The notes beneath the pieces were generated by a model. That model was given only the letters and a program-made list of their open reading frames with translations. It was not told the DNA's origin and searched no databases. Positions 30,398 to 38,981 of a stretch of 64,000 nucleotides of DNA are shown here, in pieces. The stretch lies in the NCBI GenBank assembly GCA_030698625.1, contig JAUYMS010000048.1, positions 154,404-218,403 of the forward strand, written 5' to 3'. This stretch comes from Candidatus Omnitrophota bacterium (GTDB taxonomy: Bacteria > Omnitrophota > Omnitrophia > Omnitrophales > Aquincolibacteriaceae). The position numbers and the translations under genes were made by a program. How positions within the stretch are numbered: the stretch's first letter is position 1; each line of letters starts with the position of its first letter.

Positions 30398-31516
30398 ATG
30401 CTGAGTTACATTACAACAGGTGAATCGCACGGAAAACATTTGGCGGTCATTCTCCAGGGAATGCCGAGCGGACTGCCCATGGATCTAAATTACGTTAATG
30501 AGGCCCTTCGATGTCGTCAATCCGGTTACGGCCGTGGCGGACGTCAAAAGATCGAAAAGGACACCGTTGAGATCCTGGGCGGCATTATCAAGGGGAAAAC
30601 GACAGGTGCTCCGATTGGTCTCTTACTGACGAATAGAGATTTTAAGATCGATAGAATGCCGGAACTGACACGGCCGCGTCCCGGCCACGCCGATCTTGTC
30701 GGTGCGTTGAAATACGAGCAGGGAATTCGCGCGGTTCTTGAGCGTTCGAGTGCCCGTGAAACGGCTATGCGCGTTGCAGTCGGTTCAATTTGTGAGTTGT
30801 TACTCAAGGAATTCGGAATGGATGTTGCGAGCCACGTTGTGCGAATTGGCCCCGCGGGGGCCAAAGTTCCGGATATGTCAGTCGCCGAGATACGCCGCAA
30901 GATTCGCAATTCACCCGTCTATTGTGTCTCGCCGAAGGCCAGCAAGGAAATGGTTTCTGTGATCGATAAGGCCCGGCGCAACAAAGACTCGGTTGGAGGC
31001 CAGTTTGAAGTTTGCATCTCAGGCGTGCCTATCGGTCTCGGTACTCACGTTCATCATGAACGCAAGCTTGACGGACGTATCGCGCAGCACGTCATGAGCA
31101 TGCAATCGGTAAAAGCCGTTGAAATAGGTGCGGGTACGCGTTTGGGAGAAGTGTTCGGTTCCGAGGCCCATGACGAGATTTTTTACACAAAAAAACTCGG
31201 TTACTATCACAAGACGAATCGTGCAGGCGGGATTGAGGGAGGTACGTCCAATGGTTCCGATATCGTTGTCCGCGTGACGATGAAGCCGATATCGACACTT
31301 GCGCGGCCCCTCGCATCCGTCGACATGAAGACCAAGCGCGTCGCCAAAGCAGACTTCGAGCGGTCCGATACTTGTGCCGTTCCGGCAGGGAGTTTGATCG
31401 GGCGCACACTGGTCTCTTATGTGATTGCCGACGGGTTTTTGGAGAAATTTGGCGGAGACTCGGTCTCTGAGATTCGCAGAAATCTCCGGAGCTATCTCAA
31501 ACAGTGCCATGCCTGA
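30398..31516 (+). CDS. aroC: Chorismate synthase
   Basis: Has the MLSYITTGESHG N-terminus and GRSSARETA-like motifs. Confidence 0.93.
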   Translation: MLSYITTGESHGKHLAVILQGMPSGLPMDLNYVNEALRCRQSGYGRGGRQKIEKDTVEILGGIIKGKTTGAPIGLLLTNRDFKIDRMPELTRPRPGHADLVGALKYEQGIRAVLERSSARETAMRVAVGSICELLLKEFGMDVASHVVRIGPAGAKVPDMSVAEIRRKIRNSPVYCVSPKASKEMVSVIDKARRNKDSVGGQFEVCISGVPIGLGTHVHHERKLDGRIAQHVMSMQSVKAVEIGAGTRLGEVFGSEAHDEIFYTKKLGYYHKTNRAGGIEGGTSNGSDIVVRVTMKPISTLARPLASVDMKTKRVAKADFERSDTCAVPAGSLIGRTLVSYVIADGFLEKFGGDSVSEIRRNLRSYLKQCHA

Positions 31517-32012
31517 TAATATTTATCTCATTGGCATGATGGGTGCGGGTAAGACCGTGGCCGGTAAACAGATGGCTAAGCATCTCAAACGGCCTTTTGT
31601 GGATGTGGATAGCGCTATTGAGCAAAGCGAGGGTATGAAGATTCGGGAGATTTTTAAGAAGAAGGGCGAGAAGTACTTTCGTGACGTCGAATCAAGAGTG
31701 CTCGAAGAGATTGCTTCGGGAGAATGCCAAGTTGTCGGAACTGGTGGGGGTATTGTCAGAAGCGAAAAAAATATTGCCTGTATGAAATCCACGGGGAAGG
31801 TCGTGTATCTCGAGGCGTCCTCAGAGGTTTTGTGGAAGAGAGTCCATGGGGACAGAGATCGGCCTTTGGTTCAGAGCGAGAGTGATTTTGAAGAGCTTTT
31901 AGCCGAGCGAAAGCCGGCTTATGAAAGGGCGAGTGCTGTAACCGTTAACTCAGAACAGAGTCTTTCGCAAATGCTCGAGGATATCAAAAAGGGGTTGGCA
32001 GGTACGGCATGA
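31509..32012 (+). CDS. aroK: Shikimate kinase
   Basis: IYLIGMMGAGKT is the Walker A motif. Start set at ATG 31509, an 8-nt overlap with aroC. Confidence 0.88.
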   Translation: MPDNIYLIGMMGAGKTVAGKQMAKHLKRPFVDVDSAIEQSEGMKIREIFKKKGEKYFRDVESRVLEEIASGECQVVGTGGGIVRSEKNIACMKSTGKVVYLEASSEVLWKRVHGDRDRPLVQSESDFEELLAERKPAYERASAVTVNSEQSLSQMLEDIKKGLAGTA

Positions 32013-33106
32013 AAAAGATTACAGTTCGCAGTTCTCAGGGGGCCTATTCGGTTTATATTGGTCGCGGTATATTGAGTCATACGGGGCGCTATTTGAAGCA
32101 GATGCGCCAGGGTCGCAAGGTGATGGTTGTCACTCAGAAGAAGATTGCGCGATATTACCTGGGTGATCTAAAAAAATCCCTGAGACGGGCCGGCTTTCGG
32201 GTTACCGTAACTCAGGTTCCTGATGGCGAGCGGGCCAAGTCTCGAAACACGCTTTTTAGCCTGTACCACAGCCTCTTGAAGAATGATTTTGAGCGGGATG
32301 ATGTTCTGGTCGCTCTGGGTGGAGGGGTTGTTGGAGATGTAGTGGGTTTTGCTGCATCGAGTTATTTACGCGGTATTCGTTGGGTGAATGTTGCGACAAC
32401 GCTTTTGGCTCAGGTCGACAGTTCTATTGGCGGAAAGACGGGAATTAACCTTGATGAGGGCAAGAATCTAGTCGGAGCATTCTATCCGCCGAAGTTCGTT
32501 ATTTCCGATGTGCGCACCTTAACAACGCTCCCTGACAGGCAGTTGAGGGCCTCACTTGCAGAAGTGGTTAAGTATGGGGTAATACGCGATGCCGCGTTGT
32601 TTCGCTTCCTAGAGCGTCGAGCGGAGGCAGTTCTTCGTCGAGAGCAGTCATCGCTTGAGACTATTGTCCGAGCTTCGGTGCGTATCAAGGCGAATGTTGT
32701 GGAGCGCGACGAATTCGAAAAGAGCGGTGAGCGTATGATCCTTAATTATGGGCACACGATCGGGCATGCGCTTGAGAAGGTGTTGGGATACCAGCGTCTC
32801 GTTCATGGTGAGGCTGTGGCGGTTGGGATGGTGGCCGCAGCCCATCTGGCCGAGAAAATGGGGATGATATCTCGACAGCAGGAACAAAGACAGAATGAAC
32901 TTATTAAAAAGTTAAGGTTGTCGGGGCACCTCAATGGGCGTCGCTTGAAGTGCCGTCACATTGTCGCTGCTATGATGCGGGACAAAAAGAAAAAGGCGGG
33001 CAAGCTTCGATTCGTTCTCCCGCTGAACATTGGGAAAGTTGCCATTCGATCTGACGTGCCCTTGGGTTTGGTCCGAAAGGCCCTGCTCACGGTGGGTGCT
33101 GTCTAA
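32009..33106 (+). CDS. aroB: 3-dehydroquinate synthase
   Basis: 365 aa with the GGGVVGDVVGFAA NAD-binding motif and the metal-binding His residues (HGEAVAVGM). Confidence 0.92.
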   Translation: MKKITVRSSQGAYSVYIGRGILSHTGRYLKQMRQGRKVMVVTQKKIARYYLGDLKKSLRRAGFRVTVTQVPDGERAKSRNTLFSLYHSLLKNDFERDDVLVALGGGVVGDVVGFAASSYLRGIRWVNVATTLLAQVDSSIGGKTGINLDEGKNLVGAFYPPKFVISDVRTLTTLPDRQLRASLAEVVKYGVIRDAALFRFLERRAEAVLRREQSSLETIVRASVRIKANVVERDEFEKSGERMILNYGHTIGHALEKVLGYQRLVHGEAVAVGMVAAAHLAEKMGMISRQQEQRQNELIKKLRLSGHLNGRRLKCRHIVAAMMRDKKKKAGKLRFVLPLNIGKVAIRSDVPLGLVRKALLTVGAV

Positions 33107-33157
33107 CGGATTGTTCAAGAATAGAGCGAAAAATCTAAGTACAGGGAGTTGAAGGAA

Positions 33158-33268
33158 ATGAAGAGTAAAGGTTTAGCTATGCTTCTTTTGGGCATTACCC
33201 TGGGTTATTGCTTTGTCCAAGGGATTTCCTATGTTTACCAGAATTACCTCTGGGTCTTGTTTTATTAA
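33158..33268 (+). CDS. Unannotated 36-aa hydrophobic/aromatic small ORF (MKSKGLAMLLLGITLGYCFVQGISYVYQNYLWVLFY) with a GGAG RBS
   Basis: Translated by hand; too short for the ORF track. It has GGAG 9 nt upstream of the ATG and a single predicted TM segment. It lies in the aroB-dprA intergenic region. Confidence 0.3.
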   Translation: MKSKGLAMLLLGITLGYCFVQGISYVYQNYLWVLFY

Positions 33269-33350
33269 ACTAGAGCCTTAAGCTTGTCGTGTAAACACTG
33301 TCCTACCTCGAGAGTATGCGCTTCCTCCTGACGCGTTAGGGAGGAGTACT

Positions 33351-34346
33351 ATGTCTTCTGTCTCACCCGAGGATCTCAAGACACTTGTTGCGCAGAATCA
33401 CTCAAAAAAAATTGGCGGAGCCGGCTTTCACGCAGAGCGCGAAATAGAAAACTGTCATCGGTTGGGCATTAGCCTTATAAGCCGAAGTGATGGGGGCTAT
33501 CCCGCGGCTTTGAAGGTTCTACCCGATGCACCGCCTCTTCTCTACATTCAGGGCGAACTCATCGAGACAGACGCCTATGCTGTGGCCATCGTTGGGTCAC
33601 GAAGGGCGAGTTACTATGGTCTATCGCAGGCCGCGAGATTTGCGCGAAGCCTGGCCGACTGCGGTTTGACGATTGTGTCCGGCATGGCAATGGGCGTTGA
33701 TCAGGAAGCCCATCGGCACGCGCTTAATGCGGAAAGCGGCAGGACTATAGGGGTTTTAGGTTGCGGACTTGACATTGACTATCCGCAAGGCAGCGGCGAC
33801 CTCCGCCGACGCATTGCGAGGTGCGGAGCTGTGATCTCTGAATACCCTCTCGGAACATTACCTCTGGCACGCAATTTCCCGCATCGCAATCGCACGATTG
33901 CAGGATTGAGCCAGGGCACACTCGTTATTGAAGCAAATCGGCGGAGTGGTTCCCTAATTACAGCAAGGCTGGCTTTGGATTACGGGCGTGACGTTTTTGC
34001 TCTGCCAGGACGAGCCGATCAAGCTAGCATGCAGGGAAATCATCAACTGATCAAAGAGGGCGCTTATCTAACCGACTGTCCAGAGGATATCCTCTCGATT
34101 TTAAAGCCAGTTCTTGCCCGCGTGCGGGAAATTACGCCGGCTGAGTCTTCCATATATGGGAGTAATCCGGCGCAGCTATGCGAAGAGCCCTCGGTGGTGA
34201 GCATACTGAGGCAGGGGGACCTCACCTATGACGAGATTCTGCAGGGGACGAACCTGGACGGCGCGTCATTAGGGACGTTGCTTCTGGCCCTGGAGCTCCA
34301 GGGGAAGGTGCGGAAGGGGAGGGACGGACGATACAGGCTGGAATAG
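33351..34346 (+). CDS. dprA: DNA processing protein A (Smf/DprA)
   Basis: Rossmann-like DprA domain (VAIVGSRRASYYG...VSGMAMGVDQEAH...LIEANRRSGSLITAR) with a C-terminal winged-helix extension. Confidence 0.9.
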   Translation: MSSVSPEDLKTLVAQNHSKKIGGAGFHAEREIENCHRLGISLISRSDGGYPAALKVLPDAPPLLYIQGELIETDAYAVAIVGSRRASYYGLSQAARFARSLADCGLTIVSGMAMGVDQEAHRHALNAESGRTIGVLGCGLDIDYPQGSGDLRRRIARCGAVISEYPLGTLPLARNFPHRNRTIAGLSQGTLVIEANRRSGSLITARLALDYGRDVFALPGRADQASMQGNHQLIKEGAYLTDCPEDILSILKPVLARVREITPAESSIYGSNPAQLCEEPSVVSILRQGDLTYDEILQGTNLDGASLGTLLLALELQGKVRKGRDGRYRLE

Positions 34347-34444
34347 GGTTTTTCTTAAAGTTACTTGCGAGGCACGCCGTTACCAGTTATAGTAATTTAT
34401 AGTATTCTTATCTCTAAAACCCTATTGTGGAAAGGAGTTCTTCT

Positions 34445-34864
34445 ATGGAACCAGTGAGCGGAGAGTCGGTGAGTGGAGCGCCAGCCGTCGCGCCAAAAGG
34501 TCGTCGATTTGCGGCAGGTGTCATTGACTTGATTATAATCCCGATACTCTTGGGGATCGTCATCGGTCTTCTCCTGCTGAACGTTCCCGACGGGGTTCGC
34601 AGCGTGATCCTAGTGGTAGTGAATATTGGATGGTTGATTTTTCGCGATGCAGTCTATTCCCCCGGAAGGGCTATGGTCGGCTTGAAACTGGTCAGCTTGT
34701 CGGGAGAAAAGCCCACTACCGGGCAGGCCTTTTTGCGGAATGTCCTTCTAATCATTCCCTTTGTGTTAGTGGTGGGGTACATCGTCGAGATTGTCTCTCT
34801 CTTGTCAAAAGGAGAGCGCGTTGCCGACGGTTGGGCAAAGACCCGAGTCGTTTCAGCCACGTAG
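34445..34864 (+). CDS. RDD-family integral membrane protein
   Basis: GRRFAAGVIDLIIIPIL, RDAVYSPGRA and GERVADGWAKTRVV match the R-D-D family signature, and there are about three TM helices. Start moved to ATG 34445, which has a GGAAAGGAG RBS. Confidence 0.65.
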   Translation: MEPVSGESVSGAPAVAPKGRRFAAGVIDLIIIPILLGIVIGLLLLNVPDGVRSVILVVVNIGWLIFRDAVYSPGRAMVGLKLVSLSGEKPTTGQAFLRNVLLIIPFVLVVGYIVEIVSLLSKGERVADGWAKTRVVSAT

Positions 34865-35015
34865 CTTTCTTGTAAATTCTTACCAGCCAATCTGATACGT
34901 CTTCATTTCACTCTGTGCTGAGAATCTGCAGGGCTCTGCTTATGCCCGGAAGCCCATCATTTTCACTTCTTGGATATCTGTTGATTCGTGCCCAATTCGG
35001 TGTTACGCTTTTTTA

Positions 35016-35426
35016 ATGAGGAAAAAAACGCCGAAAAAAAAGCATAATACAAAAAGGACCCGAGCGGCCAAGAGGAAATCAAGAGTTATCCCCTCTGATA
35101 GCCTTGAGATGCATGAATATCTGACCAAGATTCAGGAGGAGATTGATCGTCTCACTGACCTTTCAGACAAGAGCGAGGAAAGGTTGCAGGACATTGAGAT
35201 TCACATTAACCTTCTAACTCGTTTGATTACAACTCTTTGTGTTGAAAAGTTCGGCATGCGAGTCGGGGTTTTGAAGCGCCTCATTAAGAGGGTCGAGAAA
35301 GAGGCCATCCGAGACTCACAGATTTTGCATTTGGAATCCATCTACAGCCTCCCCGTACGATCAGACAAGAAGCGCCAACCCTGGAATCCTCCCCGCCGCG
35401 AAGATCCTTGGGATGACATAGCGTAA
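35016..35426 (+). CDS. Hypothetical protein with a highly basic Lys/Arg-rich N-terminal tail and a coiled-coil region
   Basis: MRKKTPKKKHNTKRTRAAKRKSR... No recognisable domain. Its GC content looks lower than that of its neighbours. Confidence 0.45.
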   Translation: MRKKTPKKKHNTKRTRAAKRKSRVIPSDSLEMHEYLTKIQEEIDRLTDLSDKSEERLQDIEIHINLLTRLITTLCVEKFGMRVGVLKRLIKRVEKEAIRDSQILHLESIYSLPVRSDKKRQPWNPPRREDPWDDIA

Positions 35427-35445
35427 GCTATTGTTGTGAATCGAG

Positions 35446-35509
35446 TTACAATTTTAAATCCCTACGTCCTATAATCAAAGTTTACAATTCCCGCCGTATT
35501 GCTTACAAT
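35446..35509 (+). repeat. Three direct copies of TTACAAT (35446, 35482, 35503) plus a TATAAT (35470) within 65 bp upstream of the thiS-topA ORF; multiple -10-like elements or a regulator binding array
   Basis: Read directly from the sequence. The spacings are 36 and 21 bp. Confidence 0.4.
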
Positions 35510-35588
35510 GGCTCCCTTAATATGCGAATTAAGGCGAAAAATGACTTGAGATAGCGACTTATCACGCCGATTTTGGAACTAGGTGGTT

Positions 35589-38048
35589 ATGAAAATTTAT
35601 GTGAATGGCGAGGAGCGCGGTGTTACCCAGACGGTTACCATCAGTGAGCTTCTTGAAAATTTTGGGATTAAGGCCACGGCGGTCGTCATTGAGCGCAATG
35701 GGGAAGTCGTATCCCGCGATGATATTACTCGAACGGTTCTAGCTGACGGTGATCGGATTGAAATCGTACAATTTGTCGGAGGTGGCTCCATGAATGATGA
35801 CGACACCACACCTCCGGAGGTGTCTCCCGAACCGCAGGTAGCAACCGAGCCAGAAAAGCCCGCCAAAAAGGTCGCTAAAAAGAAAAGCACCGTTAAGAAA
35901 AAAAAGGCCCCTAAAAAGACTGACAAGAAGTCTGCTAAGAAGTCACCGGCCCTCAAGGGACCCAAGAATCTCGTAATCGTAGAATCACCTGCTAAGGCAA
36001 AGACGATCAACAAATTTTTGGGTAATGATTTCGTCGTTGAGGCCTCTATGGGGCATGTCCGTGACTTACCCAAGAGTAAGATGGGCGTTGATCTCGAGAA
36101 GGGTGATTTTGAACCCCACTACATTGTTATTCGCAAAGCCTCAAAGACGGTTAAGCATCTCAAAAAAGTCGCGAAATACGCTGAAACCATCTATCTTGCT
36201 CCGGATCCTGACCGCGAGGGAGAAGCTATAAGTTGGCATTTAGAACATATCTTTCGTGAGCTTAACGCCGAAACGCAAATACGCCGCGTCGCCTTCAATG
36301 AAATCACCAAGGATGCTATCCTCGAGGCCTTTCAGCATCCCCGCGAGATCGCCATGAATCTCGTTGATGCTCAACAGGCACGAAGGATTCTTGACCGAAT
36401 TGTCGGTTATGAGTTGAGTCCGCTTCTGTGGAAAAAAATCGGTCGAGGGTTAAGCGCGGGTAGAGTGCAGTCGGTGGCATTACGAGTGATCGTAGATCGC
36501 GAGCGCGAAATCAAGAAATTTGTAGCACAGGAATACTGGTCATTAGTGGCGAAACTCCTGAGTTCGAGAGCCGAAAATGCAGACAAGCCGTTTACGTCCA
36601 AACTCGAAAAAATTGGTGAGGAAAAGGCAGATCTTAAAAACAGGGCTCAGACTGCGGAAATCCGAGATGAAATCCTGAAGTCAACTTTTAAAGTCGAGAA
36701 GGTGGATAAACGTGAACGCCGCCGACGTCCCCAAGCCCCTTTCACGACGAGTAAACTTCAGCAGGAAGGCTACAACCGGTTGCGTTTTCCGGCTGCCAAG
36801 ACCATGAGAGTTGCTCAAAAGCTGTATGAGGGCGTGGAACTGGCCGACAAGGAAACCACCGGTCTGATTACCTATATGCGTACCGACTCCGTCAACATTG
36901 CTCCGAGTGCGCAACAAGATGCGGCTGAGTATATTCGGGGCCGTTTTGGCGATAAGTTTCTACCGGAGAAGCCTCCGACGTATCGTTCCAAGAAAGGCGC
37001 CCAGGAGGCTCACGAAGCAATTCGGCCGACTTCTATTCGCCGTGATCCGCAGAGCATGAAGAGTTTTCTGGCGGACGATGAATACAAGCTCTATGAACTG
37101 ATCTGGGGCAAATTTGTGGCGTCGCAGATGACTCCTGCAATTGACGAACTCATTTCGATTTCTATCCTCGCCGGGGACAAATATTACTTCAAGACAACCG
37201 GGCAACGAAATCTTTTCCCTGGCTTCACGGTGGCCTATGGCACTGCGAAGGCGGAAAAGAGTGAGAAGCAGAATGCCGAGGGCGAAGATACTGACGATGA
37301 TGACAAGGATCTTCCCGTCTTAGAGGTCGGAGAAATTTTGGAGCTCAAGGAACTGATGGGGTACCAGCATTTTACGAAGCCGCCAAGTCGGTACAATGAC
37401 GCAAGTTTGGTTAAGACGCTCGAAGAAGACGGCATCGGTCGTCCTAGTACCTATGCGCCGATCATCTATACCCTCCTTTCGCGAGAGTATGTCAATCGTA
37501 AGGGTGGGGCGCTAATCCCCACTGACTTGGGTGAAACGGTTGTTGATTCCTTGGTGGAATACTTCCCCAATGTCGTCAATGTGGAGTTTACCGCAGGCAT
37601 GGAAGAAAAGTTGGATAAAGTCGAAGACGGTGCCCTGAAATGGATTGATGTGATCCGTGAATTCTATGGGCCCTTTCAGACATTGCTCGTGAAGGCCCGT
37701 GAGGATATGAAGAACATTCGCCGTGAGGTGATTCCTACCGACCGCACCTGTGATTTGTGCGAGAAGCCCATGGTTATTCGCATGGGGCGTTTTGGGAGGT
37801 TCATGGCGTGCTCCGGGTTCCCGGAGTGTAAATACACGCGCTCCATTCCTACGGGGTTCTATTGTACCGAAGAGGGGTGCGGTGGCGAGCTCGTCAAGCG
37901 CCGCTCAAAGAACCGCCGCACTTTTTACGGCTGCTCCAAATATCCCACGTGTACTTATATTGTCAATAAGCTTCCGAAGAAAGAAGGAGAGGAGGATATG
38001 GACGACGGGCAGGTCTCTGAGCCTGCGCGGGAGACATTAGGGCCCTAA
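35589..38048 (+). CDS. topA: DNA topoisomerase I with an unusual N-terminal extension: a complete ThiS-like sulfur-carrier (beta-grasp) domain ending in GG (35589-35786), a Pro/Glu/Lys-rich histone-H1-like basic linker (35787-35966), then a canonical TopA (TOPRIM, Tyr domain, C-terminal Zn-ribbon repeats)
   Basis: The first 66 aa MKIYVNGEERG...DGDRIEIVQFVGGG align end-to-end with ThiS (compare the B. subtilis ThiS ending ...EIVHFVGGG). There is no stop codon between this domain and NLVIVESPAKAKTI, the normal TopA N-terminus. The C-terminus has CDLCEKPM and CSGFPECKYT zinc ribbons. Confidence 0.8.
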   Translation: MKIYVNGEERGVTQTVTISELLENFGIKATAVVIERNGEVVSRDDITRTVLADGDRIEIVQFVGGGSMNDDDTTPPEVSPEPQVATEPEKPAKKVAKKKSTVKKKKAPKKTDKKSAKKSPALKGPKNLVIVESPAKAKTINKFLGNDFVVEASMGHVRDLPKSKMGVDLEKGDFEPHYIVIRKASKTVKHLKKVAKYAETIYLAPDPDREGEAISWHLEHIFRELNAETQIRRVAFNEITKDAILEAFQHPREIAMNLVDAQQARRILDRIVGYELSPLLWKKIGRGLSAGRVQSVALRVIVDREREIKKFVAQEYWSLVAKLLSSRAENADKPFTSKLEKIGEEKADLKNRAQTAEIRDEILKSTFKVEKVDKRERRRRPQAPFTTSKLQQEGYNRLRFPAAKTMRVAQKLYEGVELADKETTGLITYMRTDSVNIAPSAQQDAAEYIRGRFGDKFLPEKPPTYRSKKGAQEAHEAIRPTSIRRDPQSMKSFLADDEYKLYELIWGKFVASQMTPAIDELISISILAGDKYYFKTTGQRNLFPGFTVAYGTAKAEKSEKQNAEGEDTDDDDKDLPVLEVGEILELKELMGYQHFTKPPSRYNDASLVKTLEEDGIGRPSTYAPIIYTLLSREYVNRKGGALIPTDLGETVVDSLVEYFPNVVNVEFTAGMEEKLDKVEDGALKWIDVIREFYGPFQTLLVKAREDMKNIRREVIPTDRTCDLCEKPMVIRMGRFGRFMACSGFPECKYTRSIPTGFYCTEEGCGGELVKRRSKNRRTFYGCSKYPTCTYIVNKLPKKEGEEDMDDGQVSEPARETLGP

Positions 38049-38927
38049 ATGGATAAAGAAATACGCAGTTTTCTCGATTTTTTGCAGACGGAAAAGCATG
38101 CCTCCGAGCACACGATCAAAAACTACAGTGTTGATCTTCGTGAGTTCGTTCGATCGGCCGGCACGAAGAAAGCCAGCGAAATCCGTTACCTCGACATACG
38201 CTCCTTTTTGGCTTACCTGAAAACAAAGAACTACACGAAAAGCTCTATATCCAGAAAATTGGCATGTCTGCGTTCTTTTTTTAAGTATTTAACGAGAGAA
38301 AAAGTCATTGATGCGAACCCTGCCAGCGATGTTGCTACTCCGAAGAGGGAGCGGCGGTTGCCGAGACTTCTTAATAGCGAGGAAGTATGTCATTTGCTGG
38401 AAGCACCATCGAAAAACACTTGGGAGGAAAAAAGAGACAGGGCTATTCTCGAAATGCTGTACAGTTCCGGCCTGCGAGTCAGTGAGTTGGTGGGACTCAA
38501 TAATGAGGACATTGATATGTTTAGTGGATTAGTACGAGTCCGCGGTAAAGGAAAGAAAGAGAGGATCGTTCCCGTAGGAAAGGTTGCGCTGAAAACGCTC
38601 AAGGATTACATGCGTCATAAGCCTCCTCGGGATCAAGGTCATAGTCTCAGGGTTCCGATTTATTTCAACCGTTTTGGCGGGCGAATAACGGATCGAAGTG
38701 TGCGGCGCATGATTATAAAATATGTACGGCGTATTGCTTTGAACAAGGGCGTTTCTCCGCACACCCTAAGGCATTCCTTTGCGACGCACATGTTGGACCG
38801 AGGAGCGGACCTTCGAAGTGTTCAGGAGCTTCTGGGGCATGAAAACTTGTCGACGACGCAAATCTATACGCATGTGACAACGAGAAGGTTGAAAGAAGCC
38901 TATGATGCGTCTCATCCCCGGGCCTAG
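38049..38927 (+). CDS. xerC: Tyrosine site-specific recombinase XerC/XerD family
   Basis: The catalytic residues lie in ...RHSFATHMLDRGADLRSVQELLGHENLSTTQIYTHV (the R-H-R-Y motif). It is 292 aa, a common neighbour of topA, and most likely the chromosome-dimer resolvase rather than a phage integrase. Confidence 0.85.
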   Translation: MDKEIRSFLDFLQTEKHASEHTIKNYSVDLREFVRSAGTKKASEIRYLDIRSFLAYLKTKNYTKSSISRKLACLRSFFKYLTREKVIDANPASDVATPKRERRLPRLLNSEEVCHLLEAPSKNTWEEKRDRAILEMLYSSGLRVSELVGLNNEDIDMFSGLVRVRGKGKKERIVPVGKVALKTLKDYMRHKPPRDQGHSLRVPIYFNRFGGRITDRSVRRMIIKYVRRIALNKGVSPHTLRHSFATHMLDRGADLRSVQELLGHENLSTTQIYTHVTTRRLKEAYDASHPRA

Positions 38928-38981
38928 TCGGTAATATCTCCAGCGGTTTCGAGTCCCTGTCTCATAAAGCGATAAATTATC

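Noticed and set aside
35510-35588. Possible TPP riboswitch upstream of the ThiS-like domain (a CTTGAGA motif is present)
   Set aside because: The region is far too short for the ~100-nt TPP aptamer, and the P4/P5 consensus is absent.
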